Origin: Vicugna vicugna
Taxonomy: Eukaryota
Assembly (NCBI GenBank): GCA_013265495.1
Contig: MU058584.1
Location: 3,724,508-3,786,507, forward strand
Length of the DNA: 62,000 bases
Reading direction: 5' to 3'
Shown: piece after piece, positions 38,876-50,970 of the stretch
Layout: each line of letters starts with the position of its first letter
How positions within the stretch are numbered: position 1 is the stretch's first letter
The notes under the pieces: model-generated
The model's database searches: none
Seen by the model: the letters and a program-made list of their open reading frames with translations, nothing else
What the model was told of the DNA's origin: nothing
Made by a program: the position numbers and the translations under genes

Positions 38876-40369
38876 TCCTATTTGGGGCTCAAAATAGCTT
38901 CCTATGTGCCAAATATTGTGCTAGGAGTTATACATAATTTCATTTTAATCATCACGACAACCCTAGAACTGAAGTTAGCTTCCTCATTTTAAAGTTGAAG
39001 AAATTAAGGTAAAAGATCAAGCTAGTATGCAAATCCAGGTCAGTTTGAGCTCAATCCCTCTCAATCCGACTGCCTCCTGATGAGCCAAGGGGCTGGGAGG
39101 AAGGACAGTGCAGGATCCTGGCTGAATGTGACGGTTCTACTCCTAATTCAGAGCACCATGTCCTGCCGGGCTCCAGACGCTGCAGGAGAACAGGGAAGCA
39201 GCGTGTTCTTCTGAGCTCTTCCTTGTTTCTTGGCCCCTAAAGAACTCTAGTCATCCAAAATGCCTTCTTTTATTTTCAGAAAGCCAGAAGCTATCTTGAA
39301 GACCGAGATTTTAAGCAGACGTATGCCGCAGCTACATCCCATGGGGCTCCTGGCTACACAGCACCAGCCCCTCGTCCCAGATGGGCTCTAACATGCCAGC
39401 AGTATCTGCTGTCACAGGGTCACATCCGCCGCTCCCTCATGCCTCGCTGGAGTACTCCTCATTCACTCCTTTCCTGTAGATCTCAGGATTAAATTAGAAA
39501 TACCAAATGCTATTCCTTCTCACTTTTCCCTGCAACATTTCCTTGAGTTCTATGAGCTCGGAGCCTCACTACCCAATGCCCCATAGTAGACACCATGTAT
39601 GTTCACTTAAATCAGGGGTTCTAGTTTGACCCACCTTAACCAGAAAATAATGTTTCCCTCGGATTCAGGCATTTGAAACTACCAAGTCATATATTAGTCA
39701 GTGACACAATTTCTTATTATTTTAACCAATAAGATGCCATAGACTTGGACAAGTCCCTCTGAGCCTTGTTCTTCTCATGTAAAGGTGGGTAATATCAGCC
39801 TGACTTAAAGAAGGACCAAAAGGGGTAATGTACATGAACGCCATTTAACACATAGAAAAGCATTACAGCATGCAAATAAGCAAGAGCAACAGTCAGATCA
39901 TAACTATCTTTATATTTCTGATTGGGGGAAGGTTGGCATAAGGGCTAAAATAGTTGAAAGGAGTGAAGAGGTGTGTCCTACAACAAAAATCTAAGACTAG
40001 AATGGACATTCTAGGGCCATGTTGACTAGAGTAGAATCCATTCCATCTGGCCCAAAGCACTTGCCTCGCTATGACAGTCCCCAGTACGACTGCACTTCAT
40101 TGTTCACAGTGGACCCTGTCCCATCCACCAAGCACTGGGCACTGCTCCACTTGTTCCTCTGAAAATGCTAACAAGAGCTCTCCTCTCCCAGCTGGTGTTT
40201 TTCATTCCAACCATTAATGGTCAGGGAAAGGCTGAAGACAACTGGGGCTCCCTCATGGCTCTTCACTAGGGACCTAGTGCTCTGTAAGTTTGACTGACAA
40301 CTCATCAAAATTAAATGGAGAAAAGTTCAGAACAATAGAATCTTAGATGTGACCTCATTCAAAAGATTA

Positions 40370-41030
40370 TAATATATGCAACCCCATGTCCACCACAGCT
40401 TTATTTACAATAGCCAAGGTAAGGAAACGATTTAAGTGTCTATTGCTTAATGAATGGATAAAGAAGTATATACATATATATTATATATATATATATATAT
40501 GCATGCACACACAATGGAATATTATTCAGCCAAAAAAAGAGTGAAATCTTGCCATTTGCAACAACATGGATAGACTTTGAGGCCATTATGTTAAGTGAAA
40601 TAAGACAAAGAAAGACAAATACTGTATGATCTCACTAATATGTGGAATCCTAAAAAAGAAACAACAAAACCAAGCTCATAGATACAGAGAACAGACTGGT
40701 GGTTGCCAGAGGTGGAGGGTGGGGGGAATGGGTGAAGAGGGTCAAAGGATATTAACTTCCAGTTATAAAATAAATAAGTCCTGAGGATATAATTTACAGC
40801 GTGGTGACTATAGCTGATAATACTGTGCTGCACATTTGAAAGTTGCTAACAGAATAAAGGTTGAAATTTATCACAAGAAAAAAAACCTGAAACTATGTGT
40901 AATGATGGATGTTAATTGGATTTATTGTGGTGATCATTTCACAATATATACATGGAATCATGTGGTACACCTAAAACTAATACAATGTGATATGTCAATT
41001 TTATCTCAAGTAAAAATAGTAAAATAAAAT
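40370..41030 (+). mobile_element. Older L1 (L1MA-like) 3' end
   Basis: ACAATGGAATATTATTCAGCC, TTTGCAACAACATGGAT, GGTGATCATTTCACAATATA motifs. Confidence 0.82.
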
Positions 41031-44000
41031 TACATGTCAAAAGGAGAAAAAACAGATTAAAAGACTCAGATCCCATGGATATACAGTTGATTTGTGGAGA
41101 AGATGGGACTAGAACCCAGTCCTCAACCCCCAGGTCAGGGTTCTTCCACTAACCAAGTCCTGGCACTAACACTACTAACATTGTGCTAAGCACCAGGTAC
41201 TTGCACAAAGACCGCAGCATAGAACTAGCACAGTGTTGCACTAGGACTAATCCCCAAGGCTGTATAAACTAGACACTCAGTAGAATGGAATATTAAAATC
41301 TAAAGAGTGATGGAGATAGTGAAACAACCCCCCTTTCCTGGTCCAGAGACACCCATCCAGGCTGAGGATGGTGGGGAGTGGAAAAAGCTGACAGAAAGTA
41401 CCGAAAGAAGATGCTCCGGTATGAAAAAGGTCTCTTCCACCAGGAAAAGTAAAACAGACGAGGGAGGGAAGTGGAAAGGTATACAGGACAGGAAAGGAGA
41501 TAATGGCAGTTGAGCTGTCAGGAATCCCTAAAAGCAACTCTTTCTTCTCCAGGACCAATCACACTTTCTCTCTCCATACCCAAGCCCATCCCCACAAGGT
41601 CACCAGGCATCTACCTGAATGCAAACCAAAGCAGGTAACAACCATTCCTGGATGCCTCCCTTCTTGCTACAGGCTGGGCGAGGAGGCACTCTGAGGCATC
41701 TACAATACTGAGCACAGATCTCCGTGACCACGTCCCCAGGGGGTACTCTGTAACTGTGTTCACAGTTCCACCTCTGGTGTCTCCCCTACCAGATTATGAG
41801 CTCCCGGAAGGCAGGGCTGTCTTATTTACCCCAGTGTGATGCCTGCATGTGGCAGTAACTCAGCAGCTGCCTGTGCATGAACAAATGTCTTAACTCAGCC
41901 ATCAACTCTTCCAAGAGTTCGTTTCAGAGCTGCTCCACTCCTACCCCACGTTCGGGGTGGGTGTGCCTGGTCCACATTCTCGAAGCACCTGTGTGCCTCT
42001 CACGGTTCTTATCACAGGATGTTTTACCTCCTTATCAAAATTACCTGAAAACTCTTTTGAGTCAGACTAGACTGACACCTCTTTGAGGGCAAGGACTATG
42101 ACTTTTCTCTCTTTATTCTCAGCACCTATCATAATGCTTGGAAACCAGAGGAATTTCCTAGACAAGCATTATGATAGGTACTGAGAAGGAATTTACTAGA
42201 TGCTTGTAGAAAGGATGAATAAATGAACGAATACAACCAGAAGGGTACCAAAAGGAATGCTAATAGAGCAAGCACTCTTCATCACAGAGAGACCCAAAAG
42301 ACCCATCTCCAGGAAAATGCCCCTCCTGCTCTCAGAGTGTGTGCCCGGAGTGTCGCTGCAGCGTTTCTCACAGCCTCTGCTGCCAGGAAGGGATGAGACG
42401 CCATCCGTATTCAGGAACAAAGACAGAGTGAACCCTCCTCAAGTCTTACTGCTAGATGGCACCTGTTGCTAAAATAGCAGCTGGTGAGCATTCTGTTTTG
42501 TTCAAAGCAACAAGGACAATGACAACAACAACACAATCTATTATGGGAAGCAGCATCACAATGACAATAAGAAATCATGAGGCTAAATATACAGCAGAAA
42601 GCAATACAGAATTTTTGCAATGAAAGACGAGGAAGGAGCTGCTGGAGCCTGAGGGTGGGGGGAAACTGAAGTGTTGATTAGAAATTGCTCAGCCTGCATT
42701 AAAAGAGAGAAACAAGAAGAGGGGGAGGGGAGGGGAGAGGGAGAAAAAGAGAGAAGGGGGAGGAGAGAGAAAGGGAGGGAGAGGGAGAATGAATGTGTTT
42801 TTTCCCTGGCTCTCTGACTCACTTTTAATCTGTCCTTTCCTTCCTCCCTCCCTTTCTACCACCCCCGCAAGAGAGAATTCATTGATTGGGCTGGACTAAA
42901 ATGTCTTACCTTTCCTCTCCTGGTTGCTCTGTGAACGATGAGAGTGAATCCATCTCAGCCTTGACTGCTCCTGTCTCCTCCCCACCTCCCCCTCCCCCGC
43001 CGCCATTGTTAGAGCCTCTACTTTGCTGAGGCTGAGAGGCTCGGCCACGGTAGAATGAGGGGGACACGGAAATTGGGACCAGGGAATGCCAGTGGGTGAT
43101 CAGTGGGCTCTCTGGAGCCAGCCCCACTTGCAGAGCGTGGAAGTCCCAGCCATCTGACAGCTGAGATGGCCCTGATAACAAACCTGTTGCCGGGCTTCCA
43201 GGTAGGAGGAGCGACCCCTCCAGGTGTGGATGGAAGAAGGCACAGACAAAGCAGCAGCTCCCCTCCAAACAAAAACTCACCCCTACAACACAAAACCCAG
43301 AGAGGCAGCTTCGGACAGTGCAAACAGGACTGGCCTGGGGTTGGGGGAGAACTGGGTTCTAATCCCTGCTCCAGCACAAACTTGCTGTGTGCATACTACT
43401 TTCTCTGAGCCACCATTTGCATAGACTGAGAGGGCTGAATGAGATGGTCCCTTTCAGGGATACAAGTCCATTTCACAAAAAGCTGTTAGCCATCTAGCAA
43501 GGGCTATTATGTTCCTCTTCTGCCCGACTCCCTGCAAATCCCTAGAGGGCTTTCCTTTGGGTACACCCCAGTGTCTGGCAGAGCACCTCTGACTCAGGGA
43601 CACCCCCTCACCCAGACGCCTGGATGACTTCCGGGAGGCGGTGATACAGGCACAAGGCCACAGTTCCCCACAAATACGATAACTGAGAAGTAGAGGCGAA
43701 TTAAGGACGTTCCGAATCAGTGAGGGTGGAAGTGGAAGGCACTGGGAGGCCAGGGGAGTGGGGAGGCATGGATCAGCCAAGCCCTGAAATTAGAGATGAT
43801 TCATATTTGAATAATGTGGGAGGGATGAACTCAGAGCAGCCAAGAGAAGAGGCTAACTCAGCTTAGTCCCCCCACCCACCCCCCAAAACACCTAAACCTA
43901 GCAGGGGGCAAGAGCCAGCGTTAGGGGCCCTTCATTTGGAATAGGAGGAAAAAAACTGAGGCAATAGATAATTTTATTCTGAAGCTAAGGGAAATAATGT

Positions 44001-45009
44001 TTTGCGTTTCTGCTTAAATATATTTTATCTTCTTTCAATTACTTGCCTTCGATATTTTAAATTAGTTCCTCTTTTCCTACTGACTTGATTTTTCCCAATC
44101 TTCTGGTTGGTGCCCCCAGAGGGGACAAAACTTTATTCGGGGTACTACTTTGAATTTTCTCTCCTGCCCCTCACTGCCCTATTCTGTCCTCACCACCTTT
44201 CTGCTCCTTTGTTCTTCTCTTCCATCACTTGGTTTCCACCTTGTTGCCTCAGAGCCAGTCCAAACTACCTAGCTCTTCCTAACCCCTCCATCACCACCCC
44301 AGAGAGGACTGCTTTGTGAATCTCTCAGGACTGCCCACCCTGCCTGGCCTCCTATCTCTCAACCTCGCGGAGCGTCTTGTGGGATGGTGTACTAGGAATC
44401 GGAGCCTTTCCAGACCTCAGGAGGGAGGGGAGAAAGTTCACCAAAAAACGAGGGGGAAACACGAAGGTCCCAGCCAGAGGAAGTGACTCTAATGCTAAGG
44501 GAAGCCCTACCTTCTGAATATCTCTTCAGATTATCTTTATCAGGGGGTGTTCCCATCTGTTTATTGGGGGAGGAAAGCTCTTCTCTGTGGGACCACTCCC
44601 CAAACGGTACCAAATGAGAGAGAGCAGGGTCCGAAACTCCACAGCCAATCAAGCCTCCAGCCCCATCTCCTTCCTCATCCTTATTCCCCTGCACCCCTGG
44701 GAGTCACGGGAAAATGCCCCTGGGGCTCCTGGCTTCTCCAGGGAAGGAATTAAGGAGACAGTTCTCTACCTTCAACATCCAGAAAACTGGTTCTCTTAAT
44801 GAGTCTCCTGAGCTTTCATTTTTTCCCAGCCAGGCTCTTCCCAGGACTCACATCATTACAAAGTCAGGATAAAACAGAGGAAGAACCGTTGTATGGAAGG
44901 GGAAATGCACATTCGAAAGAACAATCTCATATCTCGACTGAGTCAAAACACCTGCATCTCGAGCCGTCTCACTTGCAATCGGGCTTCTCTCCGCCTCCCC
45001 CATCTTTCT

Positions 45010-45012
<3 letters not shown>

Positions 45013-45089
<77 letters not shown>

Positions 45090-45094
45090 ACACA
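45013..45094. repeat. Interrupted (CA)n microsatellite in ILDR2 intron 1
   Basis: About 40 CA units with two interruptions. Confidence 0.98.
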
Positions 45095-45236
45095 GAGCCC
45101 CCTCCCCCACTTACCACCAGCCTGCTAAGCAGCTTTAAACACGATGGTGGGGGAACTGGGGGTGGGGAGGGGTGAGAACAGTACCAGTAGGGGAATACAT
45201 ATAAAGTTATTCGGCTTGGGAGAAAATGCCTCTTAC

Positions 45237-45282
45237 CTGTGAGCCAGAAGAGAGCAACCCACGCCAGCAGGACCCGGTCCAT
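45237..45282 (-). CDS. ILDR2: ILDR2 coding exon 1 (signal peptide MDRVLLAWVALFWLT), 46 nt
   Basis: ATG in strong context (AAAATGG) at 45282-45280; hydrophobic signal-peptide-like sequence; donor CAG|GTAAGA; phase 1 joins exon 2 in frame. Confidence 0.93.
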
Positions 45283-45339
45283 TTTGCCCAACTTCCCATC
45301 CAGATTCAGGAGTGAGGGAAGTGGGAAGCGGCAGAGATG

Positions 45340-46010
45340 GGAGGATCTAGGTAACCGAGCGGCGGAGGCGGCGGCGGAGCTGCGGCTGCGGGCGCGAGCG
45401 GGGGGCCCCCCGCGTCCCTGGGCGCCTCCGCCCGCCNNNNNNNNNNNNNNNNNNNNNNNNNNNNNNNNNNNNNNNNNNNNNNNNNNNNNNNNNNNNNNNN
45501 NNNNNNNNNNNNNNNNNNNNNNNNNNNNNNNNNNNNNNNNNNNNNNNNGCCGCCGCCTCCCCGCCCCGCCGCCCGCCGCCCCGGGGCTTCCAAAGTTTCT
45601 CGGTCACGTGCGCGCCCCTGCGGCCCGGAGGTCAGCGCGCAGTGACAAAGTACGCGGGGGAGAGGGGGCGCGGGGGAGGTGGCCGGCGGGCTGCGCGGCT
45701 TCTCCCAGCCAAGCGAGCGTTCGGGACCGAGCCAGAAGCGCGCCTGGGGACTCGAGGAGGGGGAGTCTGGGTACGCACGTGGCTGCGGCCATCTGAACTG
45801 GGAGAGAGGGACAGAGCTGCAAGGGTGGGGACCTGTAGGGACTTAGCATAACTTGTCAGCAAGTCCGCTGGGCGACTGTGTGTGCTTTGCTTTAACCCCC
45901 CACCCCCACCCCAATTCCCGCCGCTCCGCCCCCTTCCCTGTTTGACGGTGGAAGGAACCAAGAGGCCCCCGCAGAACTGGAAAACGTGGGCGGGAATCCC
46001 GCGTCCTAAC
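45340..46010. promoter_or_regulatory. CpG island / ILDR2 promoter and 5' UTR, with E-box GTCACGTG (45603-45610) and GC boxes
   Basis: Dense CpG and GC content immediately upstream of the ILDR2 ATG. Confidence 0.85.
45437..45548. other. Assembly gap (112 N) inside the ILDR2 CpG island
   Basis: Run of N flanked by extremely GC-rich sequence. Confidence 1.
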
Positions 46011-46739
46011 TTTCTCCCGTTGAAACGTTGTGAGGTAGGATAAGGGCACACGGCTCTTTAACAGAAAATATGTAAAACTGGAGTGAAGTGAACAATTAGA
46101 TGGCTTACATTTGTCCAACACTTACTCGCTTTTTGGTCTTGGTGCATTTGTCTAACGCTTTACAGTTTGCAGGGCTCATACGCATGGATTACTTAACATT
46201 TTTTTAAAAAAAGGATTTGTCTTGTTTGTGTAGGAAAGGATTCTAAATGTATGTGTTTCATGACAACCAAGGCTACAAAGATGAGACTTCCTGCCATTAA
46301 GAAGCCTCATCTTGGGTCCAAGGAGAGGGAGAAAGGTCAGACCATTAAACATGGAAACAGAGCAAATGCGATAATGGAGATATGGAGAACATGCCCTCAG
46401 AACATGAAGCAAGGAACAGTTTAGTGAAGGGGGTTGGGGGGAGTGGGGAACACAACAACTAAGAAGGGGTAACATCTCAATGGGCATTTGCAGACTAGGC
46501 AAGATTTGGGCTATTCAGGGATGGTTGGTGGACAGGGGGCAGGGCAGGAGGAATTCTGGGCAGAGGAAAGAAAGGAGACAAGGCAGAGAGGCATAAAATT
46601 CCTCCGAAAACAGATCTAGGCTTCAGGAGAGTCCCTGGAGAGAAAGACTCCACACACTTAGAAATGAGTGTACGTATACATGAAACGGGGATGAGATAGG
46701 AATATCAGAAACGGTGAGAACTGACTCTGGACAGTGGTC

Positions 46740-47205
46740 TTTCATGGTTGCCTGACATCTGAATTCCCTTATTTTTAAGGAACTTATTTTAAGGAACTGC
46801 AGAAGCCAAAAAGTCTAGAACCATCTCCCTGACCGCAGCAGCTGAAGTACAGGCCCGGGTCCTGGGCATGGCCAGCGACCCTCTCACCCAGAGATTTCTG
46901 AATTGAGAGGATGTGATGTAGGAAGCAGAGACAGTGGGGAATCGGTTCAGCCACTAAGGGCGCAGAGGCATCCGGTGTCCATGGCCAGCAGTGGTACAGT
47001 TCCAGCCAGCAGACTACTCTGAGGTGTGATTTTGGCTGTGGTCTTCCTTGTGTAGCCTCTCCGGGTTCCAGCCCATTTTCCACATCTGGCTCTTTAGCCT
47101 TCCTGGCAATTCGGTGAGCCACCCAGTATCCTCTCATAAATTCCCTCTGCTTATTTTGGCCAGAGATGATTTCTGATGCTTGCAGTTAAGAACACTGACT
47201 AACAT
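46740..47205 (+). mobile_element. LTR33/ERVL-like LTR remnant
   Basis: 3' end ATAAATTCCCT.TGCTTA...GCCAGAG..GATTTCTG.TGCTTGCA...AAGAAC.CTGACTAA. Confidence 0.5.
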
Positions 47206-48204
47206 GCTTTGTGAGAGAGATCTGGAGGATTATTTTCTTTCGTATACAAAAGTAAATACATACGTACATGCATAAATGAATAAAAATAGACAATAGAAAT
47301 AAAGGAGGTACCTGACATTTGTAGGTTTCCTACTAGGGTCTGCACACACAGCCCTAGATGTTTTACAAGCTTTCTCATTTAATCCTAATGAGCAAACTCA
47401 GGTCCAGAGAATTTAACTTCTCTAAGACCAGGTGGCTAGTAAGTGGCAGACGGAGGATTTGAATCGAGGTTTGTTTTTTTTTTTTGACTCCAAAGCATAT
47501 CCCCTTTGCACTATTAAAGGAACATCTAGGCCAGAGAGTTGATAGGATGATGCATTGCATTGTCTACAAATTATTTGCACACATTTACCATACGTGTGTG
47601 TATGGGCACAGGCACACTGCATGAGAGTTTGAATAGTGTTTAATATCTAAACATACATAATGATGCTGTCTTATGCAAAACTTGGACGTGAGAGCTAAGA
47701 AATTGGGAATGGGAGCTGGACTGAGCAAAGGGAACCTGGATATTCACGGAAAGTAGAGAGTGAAAGCTCCCAGAAGTGAGCTTTGAATGTGTGCCTGGAG
47801 TTTGTGCCTCTGTACGTCGTAGGCAAGGAGTCAGGGCACTTGAGGAAGAGCTTGTGCCAGAGTGAATCACAGAACGCAGGGGTCTTGTCCATCACCCCAG
47901 GAATTTGTTTTCTGTGGAGCACTCCGCGTGACTATCTTCTAGCAAGAGAAGTGCAGTTGGTCAGCATCTTCCTGAGTGGGTGGGGCCTGGGCCATCCCTA
48001 AGGAGATACTAAGTTGGGCCGAATCACATATGTGCCCCTCCCCAACGCACATGTTATTACCAAGGTGATGGAGGATGAAGAGAAACTTCAAGGGTACACC
48101 TAATGATTCAAAACATGCAGCCTAAAGAATGGAGGAAGGAGGAGAGTGGGACAGTGGTGTTAGTTTGCTGTGTTGGTGGTGGTAGCAGGATACAACCCCA
48201 GAAC

Positions 48205-48395
48205 CCTGGTGCTCTTCCAAGTGTGGTTTTTGAACTTCTGGCATCAGAATCACATCAAAGTCTTTGCTTAAATGCAGATTACCTGCTCTACAAAAAACCT
48301 TGTAAGATCAGAAGCTCCTGGTGGGGCTTGGAAATCTGCATTTTAACTGCCTTACTCAAGTGCTTCTGAAGCTCGCTCATGTTTAAGAAGCACTA
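48205..48395. mobile_element. MER5-like DNA transposon remnant
   Basis: GCATCAGAATCAC...AAATGCAGATT...AATCTGCATTTTAAC motifs. Confidence 0.6.
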
Positions 48396-49090
48396 CCTAA
48401 TCACTTTTTTGTTTTCCCAGGAAGCTGTCGAATTGATGTTTGCGATTCAGATCTGGTTAAGCTCCAGTTGTCCATTATCCTGGCCAAATAAGACAGAACC
48501 CCTATAGAGATGAATTTTTCACCACCAAGAGAAGGGGCTGGATCCCCAACACTTCTAACTTCCTCCTGCAAACAGAGATGTCAGCATGTAGGACTGTGTG
48601 GGACCAGATCAGGACTCCCAGGAATCCACCACTGGAATTGTGTATGATGGGGAGAAAGTGGGGACTAACAGGCTGCTCCGCCAAAGCTGTACCCTTTAGA
48701 ACAGAATTAGGACATGGAGAAAAGAGAATTGAACCACCGCAAGGAGACATGCTGGTAGCTGGTAGCAACCACAGAGTTATAAATATAATGCAGCTGAATC
48801 CTCTCTAAAACATGATTTCATTGCAGGCACATAGGCATGCATGCACATGAATTCTGCTGAACGTAGGTCTTTTTAAAGCACACAGATAATATCACATTTC
48901 TCCTCCTCTCTGATCTCAACTTCCAGGAGGAATCTATGAGATGTGATTTTAAAACAGATACCATGCTTCTTATCGAGGTTTTGCTCATCTTTCCTTCCCT
49001 TGTGCTACCTTTTCAGGTTGTTATCTTCTCCATCCCCTATATCTTCAAAACCACCTTCAATGAATTATGATTTTTTTTTAAAAAATCTAA

Positions 49091-49250
49091 CCTACTGCAG
49101 AGTATAGGGAACTATATTCAATATCTTATAATAACCTACATAGAAAAGAATCTGAAAAAATATATATGTGGATATATATATACATATATATAACTGAAAC
49201 ACTTTACTGTACACCCAAAACATTGTAAATCAATTATATTTCAATACAAA
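49091..49250 (+). mobile_element. 5'-truncated L1 3' end with TSD AAAAAATCTAA (49080-49090, 49251-49261)
   Basis: Same L1 3' UTR motifs; T-run/A-run target typical of L1 endonuclease. Confidence 0.85.
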
Positions 49251-50935
49251 AAAAAATCTAAAGTGAGAAACTAAAAATAAATAAGTAAGTAAATAAATAA
49301 ATAAATACTGGTGACTTGAGGCACCCTGTACTCAAAACTGGAAACATTTTCAAGCCCTATCCTATTGAAAAATAAATTGTTTCATTAAGAAAATGCTTTA
49401 AAGAAAGGAAATGCAAATATAAAGTGCATGATGCCAAAAAACATTTTTTTAAGCTATACTGCCAAGAACCATGGTAAGTATATAATAAGTAAAAGATCGG
49501 GAGAATGTGCTGAAAATTCAACGTACTTGAAGCAGATTTAACTCAAGAGCCTGCTGTCTCAGGCTTCAAAATCAAGCTGCGGTGGTGCGGGGTGCAGGAT
49601 TAGGTGATGTCTGCTGGTTGCATTCCGAAGCCAGACCCCTGCCAACAGTGGGCAGCCTCCTGAGTTAGGGCTCCAACATTGCTTTCCCCACAGGCCCATC
49701 CAAGGATGAGGTGCAGAAAAAAGGAGCAGGACATCAAATTGTAGGTAGAGCATGGTCACAAATATGGAAAATGCACTTAAATAGGAGACAATGGAAAAAA
49801 CAAAAGAGTAACTGGTTAATTTGGGTAGGATGGTCATTCTGTTGTTATTTTCTTCTTAGATTTCTGTATGCTCTAATGTTTCTACGGTGTAGAAACAGTT
49901 GCTGGACAAAAGATACATCTGGGCCACAGCTTAATCTCTGGGACATCCCTGGAGGAAGGAAAGAGTCAGCAAGAAGGGGTGACAGGTGTTTTGTCAAGCC
50001 TGTATCTTTAGCCAGTTACAAAGCCCCCAAATGTACACCTGCTCTCATCCTGTCTCAATTGTGAGCTGTTAATCAAGTTAATTATGAGCAGTTGAAGCCC
50101 TGGGAGCCCTTACTGACTGACAGTTCAACCTATAATTTCTTTGTGAGTTACAGAGCCAAAGATGAAGTAAGGCTGCTGTGTCTCCAGTTTTTGCTTTTGT
50201 TTCTGTTCTGTTTCAGTGTTAGCATCCCTTGGAAACCAGAACAGCATCAATAGCCCCCTAGATGAGCAGCAAAGGCAATTCTAGTGGTCAGGCAGCATCC
50301 TTTAGCCCAAAGTGGGAAGGAAGAAGGAAGTGTGTGTTGCTGTATTTTATCAAGGCTTTGAGTGCTAGGTCTTGGTGTTTAAGCCAGAAGCATTGTCCTA
50401 GAGGCCTTCTCCACTGGCACAGGTCAAAGATGAAGCCCAAAGAAGGGAAGTTAGCCAGAATAAGTATGTCACACAAAGACCTCACCCCCAGAAAACAGGC
50501 AGGTAAGGGAGCTGGAACAACAGAGCCAAAACACTGAGCATCGTGAAAGGAAGCCACTCAAACAACAGAAGGGTCATTTGTGGGCCCTTGAAAGCTTGTG
50601 TTAAAGCACAGCAGCTTTGACCTTCGTGTTGGAGTCATGGGGCGAGGCTCTCTCATAGAATTGCTAATTCTGTACTCCTACTCCAGTTCTGAGTGGGGGC
50701 CCTATGCACAGAGATCAATCTGTATTTTTTTGTCTAATTAATTACAAACCGTTTCAGGGCCTTCTTCCCTTTTCCTCATCTTCTTCCCTGAATTCATTCA
50801 TTTATTCCATATGCATTCATTGAGCACCTACTATATTTTAGACACTCTGCTGTTTAGAAGTTCAGGGTGAGTAGGATTTCAAAGATGAATGAGTCACAGC
50901 CTCTACTGTCAGAGAGTTTACAGTTGAGTTGTAGT

Positions 50936-50936
<1 letters not shown>

Positions 50937-50970
<34 letters not shown>
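50937..50970. repeat. (GT)n microsatellite
   Basis: Direct reading. Confidence 0.95.

Noticed and set aside
45239..45796. ORFs spanning the N gap
   Set aside because: Artefacts of GC richness and undefined bases
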